Assembly: GCA_963765625.1 (NCBI GenBank)
Contig: CAVXXD010000006.1
Coordinates: forward strand, 371,990-435,989
DNA length: 64,000 nucleotides
Source: an uncultured bacterium
Lineage (GTDB): Bacteria > Actinomycetota > Geothermincolia > Geothermincolales > Geothermincolaceae
Direction of reading: 5' to 3'
Numbering within the stretch: position 1 is the first letter of the stretch; every line of letters starts with the position of its first letter. The notes below the pieces were generated by a model. It was not told where the DNA came from. It saw only the letters and a list, made by a program, of their open reading frames with translations, and did not search any database. This document shows positions 18,095 to 25,721 of the stretch, piece after piece. The translations under genes were made by a program, and so were the position numbers.

Positions 18095-18515
18095 CAGCTT
18101 CTACCAGGGCGTCTATCTTCTTTACGATTTCCCGGGCCAATCGTTCAGTGAGCTCCCGTTCCAGTTCACCCGGGTGGGAGCGCGACAGCTTGACGTCAAC
18201 CCCCCACTCTTTCAGCAGGGCACGGATGTCGATGGCGTCCCGTACTTTGCCCGAATACTTCTCGGTGGAGAGCCGGGCGCAGGCCTTGCCGCACCCGTCC
18301 ACGGATATCACCGGCACCTTGTTGGCGAACTCCCGCTCCCCTCCGTCTCCCGCCAGATACAGGGGGAGGCACAGGGAGACGGTTATCCCCGGACGGTACT
18401 TCTCCATGACCAGGCGCACCGCATTGCGGGCAATGGTGCCCTCCGGCTCGGCCTCACCCGAGCACGAGAGGACTCCTACGAATTTTGGCTTGGCCTCCAG
18501 TGCCATCTCAATCAC
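18066..18515 (-). CDS. DGC-domain (putative zinc/thiol-binding) protein
   Basis: The motifs are VLSCSGEAEPEG..LCLPL..VISVDGCGKACA, the DGC motif with conserved Cys. Confidence 0.75.
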   Translation of the reverse strand: MIEMALEAKPKFVGVLSCSGEAEPEGTIARNAVRLVMEKYRPGITVSLCLPLYLAGDGGEREFANKVPVISVDGCGKACARLSTEKYSGKVRDAIDIRALLKEWGVDVKLSRSHPGELERELTERLAREIVKKIDALVEAGEVVAPPGS

Positions 18516-18915
18516 CGCCCTTCAGGAGCTCTTCTATCTCCGAGGCCAGTTCCTCCGACATGGCCTCCACCAGCTTGCGTCCTCCCTCACCGATGTCCAG
18601 TACCGTCTCCGGCTTGAGGTCCTTGTGCTTCTTCAGGTAGTCCTGCACGCGATGGGCGATGTCCGGAACCTTTCCCGCCGTTTCGACGTTTATACGCGCG
18701 CAGTCCTTCGAGCACCCGTCGATGGCTACCACGTAGTTGTTGCGCGCCAACTCGCAGGCTTCCTCGTCCCCCATGGTCAGAAGGGCCAGGCAGAGCGTGT
18801 CGGCCTTGTCGGGCAGCAGGTCCTCGACTACGCGATATGCGGCCTCCCTGCCCACGGAGGCCGAAGCCTTGCCGATGCCGCTGCAGGGAATGACGTAGAC
18901 TTTCTTCTCATCCAT
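18508..18915 (-). CDS. DGC-domain protein
   Basis: The motifs are VIPCSGIGKASASVGREAA..LCLALL..VVAIDGCSKDCA. It overlaps both neighbouring genes by 8 nt. Confidence 0.75.
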   Translation of the reverse strand: MDEKKVYVIPCSGIGKASASVGREAAYRVVEDLLPDKADTLCLALLTMGDEEACELARNNYVVAIDGCSKDCARINVETAGKVPDIAHRVQDYLKKHKDLKPETVLDIGEGGRKLVEAMSEELASEIEELLKGGD

Positions 18916-19774
18916 ATCTTTCCTCGCTCTCCTTCCTTACCTTCTCCTTGAGATACGCGAGGTACGCGTCGCAATCCATGAGCAGCTCGCGATCACTTTC
19001 CAGATCGGCCAGTTCTACTTCGACGGCCCAACCAGATATGTAGGGGTCCTGGTTGATGAGCTCGGGGTTGTCCACCAGCTCCCGGTTGACCGCCACGACC
19101 TTGCCACTGACCGGCGAGATGATGTCCAGTGCGGTCTTAGTGGACTCCAGCGAACCGGCATCGTCGAACTGCTCCAGTTCCTTCCCGACCTCGGGCGGTT
19201 CGAAGAAGACCATGTCCGAGGCGCTCTGCTGCACGTAATCGGAAACACCCAGCCGGGCCCGGTTGCCTTCCACCCTCGCCCAGCAGTCGTTCTCATTGAA
19301 GAAATATCCTGCCTCGGGCACCTTGAAGATGAACTTGCCCTCCATGAACTCGCTCATCTCCACGTCTTCCGCGAACAGCCCTGAAGATGCCCCTTCCTCT
19401 CCTGCGGCTCCCTCCTCGCTCAGGCCCTCCAGCTCGGCAAGCAGGCGGGCGAGATGCTCGGGGTCGGGTACCGGGTTCTTGCCACCTTTCAGTCCCATGC
19501 CCTTGAGCATCTCGGTGACGTTCAGTTTGCCGGCGAGCTTCAAACCCTTCTCCCTGGCCAGCTTGGAAGCGCAACCGGTCTTGCAGCCGTCAATCACCAG
19601 TAACTCCCCCGCATCGATCTCCTTCTCGTAGCGTTTGGGGTTGCGGTTGAAGAGTACCGGGCAGACCAGGGCGGCTCCGTCTTCAGCCAGCCGTAAGGCA
19701 GCCTCGCGCGCCAAAGCCCCGGCCTCCTTGTCCAGGCCGTTGCACGGCAGCACGGCCTTACCTTTACCCTTCAT
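18908..19774 (-). CDS. DGC domain fused to a glycine-cleavage-H-like lipoyl carrier domain
   Basis: The N-terminus is VLPCNGLDKEAGALAREAA..VIDGCKTGCA. The C-terminus, ARLGVSDYVQQ..LESTKTALDIISPVSGKVVAVNRELVDNPELINQDPYISGW, aligns with the E. coli GcvH segment [21 protein letters not shown], including the lipoyl Lys. Confidence 0.8.
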   Translation of the reverse strand: MKGKGKAVLPCNGLDKEAGALAREAALRLAEDGAALVCPVLFNRNPKRYEKEIDAGELLVIDGCKTGCASKLAREKGLKLAGKLNVTEMLKGMGLKGGKNPVPDPEHLARLLAELEGLSEEGAAGEEGASSGLFAEDVEMSEFMEGKFIFKVPEAGYFFNENDCWARVEGNRARLGVSDYVQQSASDMVFFEPPEVGKELEQFDDAGSLESTKTALDIISPVSGKVVAVNRELVDNPELINQDPYISGWAVEVELADLESDRELLMDCDAYLAYLKEKVRKESEERYG

Positions 19775-20057
19775 CTCGGCCCTCCTCGCGCAGCTTCTTT
19801 ATCAGCGCGGTGGTCTCCTTCTTGTCCGGGAAGGAGAGGGCGTCAGGGGCGCAGGTCTTACCGCAAGCCCGGCAGAAGACCACGCAATTCCCGGGGTTGG
19901 CGACCACCAGCTTGTGCTCCTCACCGTCCCGCCGCTCGAAGACCTTGTGGGGGCAGAACTCGTCGCACTCCATGCAGAAATCGCACTTGTCGTAGTCTAT
20001 AGTGGGGCACCAGGGGATCTTATCGCGTGGCACCCCCATGAAGGTAGCGTCACTCAT
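19764..20057 (-). CDS. 4Fe-4S ferredoxin-domain protein
   Basis: The ATG at 20055-20057 (MSDATFMGVPRDKIPW) overlaps the upstream stop by 8 nt. The motifs are CDFCMECDEFCP and CVVFCRACGKTC. Confidence 0.7.
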   Translation of the reverse strand: MSDATFMGVPRDKIPWCPTIDYDKCDFCMECDEFCPHKVFERRDGEEHKLVVANPGNCVVFCRACGKTCAPDALSFPDKKETTALIKKLREEGRDEG

Positions 20058-20439
20058 CTTCCTCAACCCCCATCTCTTTGAGGGCGGCACGGACTTTCTC
20101 AATCGCCTCATCGGTGGTCAGGTCCCGGATGTCCAGGGGTATCAGGTCGGTCTTGACGTCCATGCCGGCTGCCGCGAAGGCATCCCGGAACATCTTGTAC
20201 TGCATGGTGGGGGCGCATGCCGCAACCACCACTTTGCGCTTTCCTTTAAGGTAATCGGCCAGGAAACGGTCGCCGTCCTCCTCGCAGAGCTGGGGGTGGA
20301 TGAAGCCGTACTCCACCGGTAACTCGATACGCGCCTGGTTGATGAAGTCCCAGATGTCCATCTTGTCGAAGCCGGCACATTTGCCGGTACACACGCACAT
20401 GATCAATCCAGGTTTTTCATTTTCTTCCATGTTCCTCAT
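20050..20439 (-). CDS. Cys-rich protein resembling a stand-alone fragment of heterodisulfide reductase subunit A (HdrA)
   Basis: The sequence IMCVCTGKCAGF..VEYGFIHPQLCEEDG..KVVVAACAPTMQYKMFRDAFAAAGMDVKTDLIPLDIRD parallels the HdrA segment I recall (CHCGxNI..C..G..VVVASCTPRTHEPLF..AGLN..ANIRD). The start could instead be the ATG at 20430. Confidence 0.5.
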   Translation of the reverse strand: MRNMEENEKPGLIMCVCTGKCAGFDKMDIWDFINQARIELPVEYGFIHPQLCEEDGDRFLADYLKGKRKVVVAACAPTMQYKMFRDAFAAAGMDVKTDLIPLDIRDLTTDEAIEKVRAALKEMGVEEDE

Positions 20440-20475
20440 CTCCCGACTTGTCCGGTCGCCTCTATTTCATTCATA

Positions 20476-20497
20476 TTAACAAATATACATTTGTTAA
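20476..20497. promoter_or_regulatory. perfect 9-4-9 palindrome TTAACAAAT-ATAC-ATTTGTTAA (candidate operator)
   Basis: The palindrome is read directly from the sequence. It lies in the only AT-rich gap (20440-20511) of the 12-gene minus-strand array, just upstream of the HdrA-like/GcvH/DGC/LplA block. Confidence 0.4.
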
Positions 20498-20511
20498 TAC
20501 TATAATCCATA

Positions 20512-21054
20512 TCATACCTTTGTCTCCAGGCCGAGCGCTTCGACGATCTCCTCCAGCCTCCGGCGCTTCCCCGAATGCTCCTCGTCGCGGTAGAGGGGCA
20601 GGCATTCCGGCAGGCGATGCTTCTCCTGCAAAAGAAGGATGGAAAAGGCCCAACAGCCCTGCTCCCCGCATTCACGGCAGTTGGTCTGAGGCAGCAGGGC
20701 GTAGATATCCAGTGGCCTGACCTTCACCTTGCCCTCGAAGACCGGCTCGATATCGTCACGATTGTCGTAACAGTAGTTGATCCTCTCCGCCAGCCAGGCC
20801 AGGGTCTCTTCCGCGTCCGCAATATCATCGGCCTTGGCGACGGTCACGTCCTGCCCGTACACCGTCACCAGCCTGTATCCCTTGGTCAAAGTAAGGGCCG
20901 GAAACTTGCTGATATAGGTGGCGTTGGCCAGAACGGCGTTCAGGTAGGGCAGGATCTCACTGACGTCCACGGGAAGGCGGGCGATCAGCCTTATCTTGGT
21001 CTCGTCGGCGAAGCAGGGCTCCACACTCTCTATCTCTATCTTCTCAACCAGCAT
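20512..21054 (-). CDS. protein with a C-terminal CFeSP/RnfB-type [4Fe-4S] domain
   Basis: The segment LLPQTNCRECGEQGCWAFSILLLQ resembles the Fe-S domain found at the N-terminus of RnfB and AcsC. The remaining roughly 120 aa are unassigned. Confidence 0.65.
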   Translation of the reverse strand: MLVEKIEIESVEPCFADETKIRLIARLPVDVSEILPYLNAVLANATYISKFPALTLTKGYRLVTVYGQDVTVAKADDIADAEETLAWLAERINYCYDNRDDIEPVFEGKVKVRPLDIYALLPQTNCRECGEQGCWAFSILLLQEKHRLPECLPLYRDEEHSGKRRRLEEIVEALGLETKV

Positions 21055-21072
21055 GTCTTCCCGCTTCTCTCC

Positions 21073-22245
21073 CTAGATCAGTTCCTGCACCAGCAGCACC
21101 AGGTAATAGATACCTATACCCAGGAACACCACTCCTGCCCCCTTACGTATATATTTCTCCCACTTCTGCACCCGGTCCACGTGACCGGCCCATGTCCCGG
21201 CACCGAAGGCGATGGCCAGGGCGACGATGAGCACCGGCAGGCCGGTACCCACGGCATAGACAGCGGGCAGGTAAAGCCCCCCAGCCGTCGTCTCGATAGC
21301 CAGGGGTATGAGCATTCCGAAGAAGAGAATGGCGCTGTAGGGGCAGAAGGAGAGGGCGAAGACGCCCCCCAGCAAAAACGCGCCCAGGGGACCCTTGTCG
21401 GAGACGCGCTCACCCAGGCGGGCTATGTAACCGCCTTTTAGAAAGCTCAAGTTGATCACGTCCAGCATCACCAGGGATATCAGTATAAGCAGCGGGCCAA
21501 GATAGTATACGGCGGAATTGCGTAAGAACCCGGAGATGTCCACTACGTTGGCTCCCAGGTAGACCAGCGCCAGGCCGAGGGCCGAGTAAGCGGCCACCCT
21601 CCCAGCGGTATAGAGAACACCCGAGAGCGCCGCCCGCCTGCGGTCTTCGATATCTTTGGCGATATAAGCCACGGCCGCTATGTTGGTGGCCAGAGGGCAG
21701 GGGGATATGGCCGTCAGCAAACCCAGCAGGAAGGCGGCAAGCAGGGGTACGCTCTCCAGAGGTATACCCGTGTCCCCGGAAGCCGCGCCCTCGCTAAAAG
21801 CCGTATCTATCTCCTCGGTGATATAGGAGATGGACCCGTCCCGGTCCTCCCAGAGAAACCAGACCTTCTTCAGTTCCTCGAAATCGCCATCCTCAAGATT
21901 CCCAACAACCAGGTAGAGGGACGAACCCACCACGCCGTATCTCTCCACCAGCTCCGAGTTGGCGGGGTCATCGATGGCCAGTTGGGTAAAGGGTATTCCC
22001 TCTTTGTCGTTGCCGGCATAGGACGCGGCGGCTTCTGCCGCGAAAGCTTCGACATTCTCGCATGATACGCAGCGTATGCGGGGATAGAAATAGACCAGCT
22101 GCACTTCTTCATCGGTATCCGCTAAGGCGGAGGATGAAAACGCTCCAACCAGAAATAGCGCCACAAGGACCAAAACGAGAACGGCCGATAGCCGCAATCC
22201 CGGTCCAAGCTCGCTCACAGGTGCTTTCCCGTCAAGGCTTTCCAC
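21073..22245 (-). CDS. thioredoxin-like domain (CVSC) fused to a CcdA/DsbD-type transmembrane thiol-disulfide transporter
   Basis: The protein has a signal/anchor, then VYFYPRIRCVSCENVE. This is followed by a polytopic domain with LTAISPCPLATN and ALSFCPYSA, the two conserved membrane Cys of the DsbD/CcdA family. Confidence 0.8.
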   Translation of the reverse strand: MESLDGKAPVSELGPGLRLSAVLVLVLVALFLVGAFSSSALADTDEEVQLVYFYPRIRCVSCENVEAFAAEAAASYAGNDKEGIPFTQLAIDDPANSELVERYGVVGSSLYLVVGNLEDGDFEELKKVWFLWEDRDGSISYITEEIDTAFSEGAASGDTGIPLESVPLLAAFLLGLLTAISPCPLATNIAAVAYIAKDIEDRRRAALSGVLYTAGRVAAYSALGLALVYLGANVVDISGFLRNSAVYYLGPLLILISLVMLDVINLSFLKGGYIARLGERVSDKGPLGAFLLGGVFALSFCPYSAILFFGMLIPLAIETTAGGLYLPAVYAVGTGLPVLIVALAIAFGAGTWAGHVDRVQKWEKYIRKGAGVVFLGIGIYYLVLLVQELI

Positions 22246-22735
22246 TTATCAAACCGTCCAGGATGCCGCGCATTGAATCGGCGTCGATCACCCCCGAATA
22301 TACATCAACGGGTTGTCCGCTTGCGTCAAGGAATACCGTGGTAGGGATGGTCTGGATGCCGTACTGGTTACACAGGTTCTGTTCGGTGGCATCGTAGACG
22401 TCCACGATGACGAAAGCCACCTGGCCGGCATACTCGGGCTCGACTTCCTTTATCACCTTTTCGATTTCAATACAGGGGGTGCACTTGGTAGAGTGGAAGT
22501 TCAGCAACACGGGTAGGGATACGGCCTTGGCGTCGGCCAACGCTTTCTCGGATGCGCTAACTTTAACGGTGCCCGCAGGCTCAGAGGTAGTTGCCTGGCT
22601 TTCCGGCGGCGTCTGTACAGTATTCTCTGTTGCCTTCTTATTGCAACCACAAAACCCTACAGCAATGAGGGTCAGAGCTGCCGATAAAACCAGAGCGGAA
22701 GCCGCCATCACGGCCCGTTTGGCTCCCCTTTTCAC
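22232..22735 (-). CDS. secreted or membrane-anchored thioredoxin-fold protein (CTPC)
   Basis: The GTG at 22733-22735 forms a GTGA overlap with the upstream stop. The signal-like N-terminus is VKRGAKRAVMAASALVLSAALTLIAVGFCGC. The thioredoxin core is LLNFHSTKCTPC..IPTTVFL. Confidence 0.8.
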   Translation of the reverse strand: MKRGAKRAVMAASALVLSAALTLIAVGFCGCNKKATENTVQTPPESQATTSEPAGTVKVSASEKALADAKAVSLPVLLNFHSTKCTPCIEIEKVIKEVEPEYAGQVAFVIVDVYDATEQNLCNQYGIQTIPTTVFLDASGQPVDVYSGVIDADSMRGILDGLISGKP

Positions 22736-22965
22736 GTCTTGAACCAGCCCAGGACTTCTTTCCTCTTGGGCACCTTGCCCCAAGAGACCACCTTGCCGTC
22801 AATGACCACCCCAGGAGTGGCCATGACGTCATATTTCAGGATCTCGGACATCTCAGTCACTTCCTCTAATTGAGTAGCCTCACCGATTTCGGTCAAGACC
22901 TCCCGGATGATTTCCTTGGTGGCCGTGCATTTGTTACACCCCGTCCCCAACACCTTGATCTCCAT
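22732..22965 (-). CDS. small thioredoxin/glutaredoxin-like protein (redox-active disulfide protein 2 type)
   Basis: The sequence is MEIKVLGTGCNKC...ATPGVVIDGKVV in a 77-aa protein. Confidence 0.85.
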   Translation of the reverse strand: MEIKVLGTGCNKCTATKEIIREVLTEIGEATQLEEVTEMSEILKYDVMATPGVVIDGKVVSWGKVPKRKEVLGWFKT

Positions 22966-22971
22966 CCCGTC

Positions 22972-23364
22972 CTACCTCCTTACCCTCTTTGCAGGCCCCT
23001 GTCCGCAGCAGGCCAGTCCGTCCTCCGGAGAATCGCCTTGCTTGCGATAATCGAGGTAGGTAAGAAAAACGCTTGTAATTGTCGCAAGCTTTCCCCGCTC
23101 CACCGAGTAATAGGATGATGTGCCCTCCTTGCGCAACGAGAGAAGGCCGCTCTCCTTGAGCACGTTGAGGTGGTGTGATGCCAGCTGTTGGGATATGCCC
23201 AGCTCCCCATCCACCTCGCATACGCACCGCTCCCCTTTGAGCAGCAAGCACATTATCCGCAGGCGGTTGGGGTCCGAGAGGGTTTTCAGGGCTTCCGCCA
23301 GTTCGACTATACCAGGGTCATCCACGCACTTGAGGTTGTGTTTTCTCGCCATGCGCTTCTCCAA
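22972..23364 (-). CDS. ArsR/SmtB-family metalloregulator
   Basis: The motifs are LSDPNRLRIMCLLLKGERCVCE..LGISQQLASHHLNVLKESGL, plus a C-terminal CC pair. Confidence 0.9.
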   Translation of the reverse strand: MEKRMARKHNLKCVDDPGIVELAEALKTLSDPNRLRIMCLLLKGERCVCEVDGELGISQQLASHHLNVLKESGLLSLRKEGTSSYYSVERGKLATITSVFLTYLDYRKQGDSPEDGLACCGQGPAKRVRR

Positions 23365-23483
23365 TCACTTCTCCAATCACAAACTTCCGCTTTAACTAAT
23401 ATCTATTTGTAGATTAGCACAGTAGAATGATTATTTGCTAATGTGATTGGAGTGGATGGAATTATGGAAGGGAGGATGTTGTC

Positions 23484-23807
23484 ATGAGAATGTTAGAGGA
23501 ATTCTTTCCGGAGTTTACTCAGAAGCTGGACGAGATCGATCAACTCTATCTGGAAAAAAGAATGATTGACGAAAAGACATATCAATTTATCTGCTTTGCC
23601 CTTTCGATCAAAGGCCGCTCTAAGCCTTGCGTGCTCAAACATTTCAAAGGCGCGCTCGAAGCCGGAGCTACGGTCCAGGAGCTGTCTTATATCTTCGCAT
23701 TGACGATGCGCGAAGCAGCGGGAGCGGATGATTGCTGGACGCATGACGTTCTCGGGGATTGGCAGGATATTGTTGCCGGAAAAACAAGCTGTGACTGTAA
23801 GAAGTAG
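23484..23807 (+). CDS. carboxymuconolactone decarboxylase (AhpD-like) family protein
   Basis: The sequence is FPEFTQKLDEIDQLY..KTYQFICFALSIKGRSKPCVLKHFKGALEAGATVQEL. Confidence 0.8.
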   Translation: MRMLEEFFPEFTQKLDEIDQLYLEKRMIDEKTYQFICFALSIKGRSKPCVLKHFKGALEAGATVQELSYIFALTMREAAGADDCWTHDVLGDWQDIVAGKTSCDCKK

Positions 23808-23813
23808 ACCGGC

Positions 23814-24623
23814 ATGAGAAGACCGGGCTTGATCGATATCGCCAGGACCCGCCGTTCGGGCCGGGTGATGATGCGGATTATCGAGGACGCGTTCCGGGCG
23901 ACCCGGCTTCCGTTGATAGGAAAGCTGCCGCTCCTGGGAGAAAAATACAACAACATGCGATGGCTGCCCGTCAACGAAGGCATCCGGATGCATGAGGACG
24001 CCCCCATGCCGGCCGACATCATCTACCGCTTTATCGACGAAGCCTCACGCCGGGCCATCCTGAACAATTGCGAGTGCCGTAAGGTCTATGATTGCCGGCA
24101 TCACCCCACCGACATCGGCTGCCTCTTCCTGGGAGATTCCGCCTGCGAAGGGCCCCCCGGCATGTTCCGCGAAGCCAGCGTCGAGGAGGCCAGGGAACAC
24201 GTGGGCCGGGCACTGGAAGCGGGGCTGGTGCCGATGGTCGGCAAGAACTTCATAGACAACGTCCTCTTCGGTATCAAGGAGCGCCACAAGCTGCTGTCGA
24301 TCTGTTTCTGCTGCGAGTGCTGCTGCATCAGCCGGTACGTACGGCATTCTCCTTCCAGGGTGATAGATTCGACATTTCCCAGGCTGGAAGGCGTCACGGT
24401 AGAGGTGACGGATGAATGCACCGGCTGTGGCACCTGCGTGGACCACTGCTACATACAGGCGATGCATGTCGTCGGGGGCAGGGCGGTGATGGCCGAATCC
24501 TGCCGTGCCTGCGGGCGCTGCGCGACCGCTTGCCCCAACCATGCCATCAGGGTAAGCATCGACGACCCCGAATATCTGAATAAGTGCTACGACCAGATAC
24601 GCTCCTTGATCAAATTCGACTGA
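23814..24623 (+). CDS. poly-cysteine (CFCCECCC) protein with a 2x[4Fe-4S] domain, paralog 2
   Basis: The motifs are NNCECRKVYDCRHHPTDIGC, SICFCCECCC, CTGCGTCVDHC and CRACGRCATACP. The exact start is uncertain. Confidence 0.75.
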   Translation: MRRPGLIDIARTRRSGRVMMRIIEDAFRATRLPLIGKLPLLGEKYNNMRWLPVNEGIRMHEDAPMPADIIYRFIDEASRRAILNNCECRKVYDCRHHPTDIGCLFLGDSACEGPPGMFREASVEEAREHVGRALEAGLVPMVGKNFIDNVLFGIKERHKLLSICFCCECCCISRYVRHSPSRVIDSTFPRLEGVTVEVTDECTGCGTCVDHCYIQAMHVVGGRAVMAESCRACGRCATACPNHAIRVSIDDPEYLNKCYDQIRSLIKFD

Positions 24624-24654
24624 GAAGCACTCTGGAAGCGGGAAAGGATGAACG

Positions 24655-25665
24655 ATGGGCGGATTGTTAGAAGAAGACGGGAGACCGGGTAACGTCGACG
24701 AGAAGGGCAACGTCCTCTTCCTCGACGAGGACCGCATGCGCCGCAAGGAGAAGCCCGGCAAGAAGATATACCGGCCGTGGAGTGACCCGTTCGGCATCCT
24801 CGACGCGTTCGTCAATGCCGCGGCGATACGCCGGTGGAACTACTGGGTCATCCACTACGGCTTTCCGTACCTCCGCAAGGGAATCGAGCTCTTCGGCAGG
24901 CTGGGCCCGTTCGGGTCGAGGGTTTTCAAGCACGGGGCCATGCTGGCGCCAGAGTCGAAGGCGTACACCACCGGCACCGTCTACAACCTGAACGTGGACC
25001 TGGAGGACCAGGCCAGGAATGTCACCCTGCCCATTGACTTCGTCAGGGAGGCTGTCCTGAACGCCGAGTACGTCGCGGGCATGAACCAGTGCTTCTGCCG
25101 CGACGGCTATAACTGCGGCGACTACCCGCACGACCTGGGGTGCCTGTTTTTAAACGGCAGCGGGCGCGCGGTCGTCGAACACGGCATCGCGACCGAGTTC
25201 ACCAGGGAGCAGGCGCTCGAGCGCATCGACCGCGCCGCCGGGCTCGGGCTGGTATGCCAGGCACTCTGGGTGCAGGTGGAGCGGTTTCTGTGGGGACTTA
25301 CCAGCGACAAGATGAACGAGTTACTGGAGATATGCTTCTGCTGCCCGTGCTGCTGTGCCGGCCTGAGCCTGTGCATTGCCGGGGACCGCAACGTGAAACA
25401 GAGGTTCGCCCCCAGCGGCTGGACCGCCGTGTGCGACCGTGAGACGTGCGACGGCTGCCGCGATTGCGCCCCGCACTGCCCGCAGGATGCCATCAGCTTC
25501 CGCGAGGGCGACGGCAAGCAGGTAATCGACCAGGAGGTCTGCATGGGCTGCGGTATCTGCAAGATGCATTGCCCGAACGGCGCCATCAAGATCAAGCAGA
25601 CGATGCCCATGCGGGAGAGCCTGCACGCGTACTTCCTTGAGGAGGGGCGCCTCGACCTGAAATAA
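24655..25665 (+). CDS. poly-cysteine (CFCCPCCC) protein with a 2x[4Fe-4S] domain, paralog 3
   Basis: The motifs are NQCFCRDGYNCGDYPHDLGC, EICFCCPCCC, CDGCRDCAPHCP and CMGCGICKMHCP. Confidence 0.75.
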   Translation: MGGLLEEDGRPGNVDEKGNVLFLDEDRMRRKEKPGKKIYRPWSDPFGILDAFVNAAAIRRWNYWVIHYGFPYLRKGIELFGRLGPFGSRVFKHGAMLAPESKAYTTGTVYNLNVDLEDQARNVTLPIDFVREAVLNAEYVAGMNQCFCRDGYNCGDYPHDLGCLFLNGSGRAVVEHGIATEFTREQALERIDRAAGLGLVCQALWVQVERFLWGLTSDKMNELLEICFCCPCCCAGLSLCIAGDRNVKQRFAPSGWTAVCDRETCDGCRDCAPHCPQDAISFREGDGKQVIDQEVCMGCGICKMHCPNGAIKIKQTMPMRESLHAYFLEEGRLDLK

Positions 25666-25721
25666 GATAGTCCCGCGCCCTGATTCCATGGCTTGGAGAG
25701 AAAAGACAAGGGGAGGAAAAG

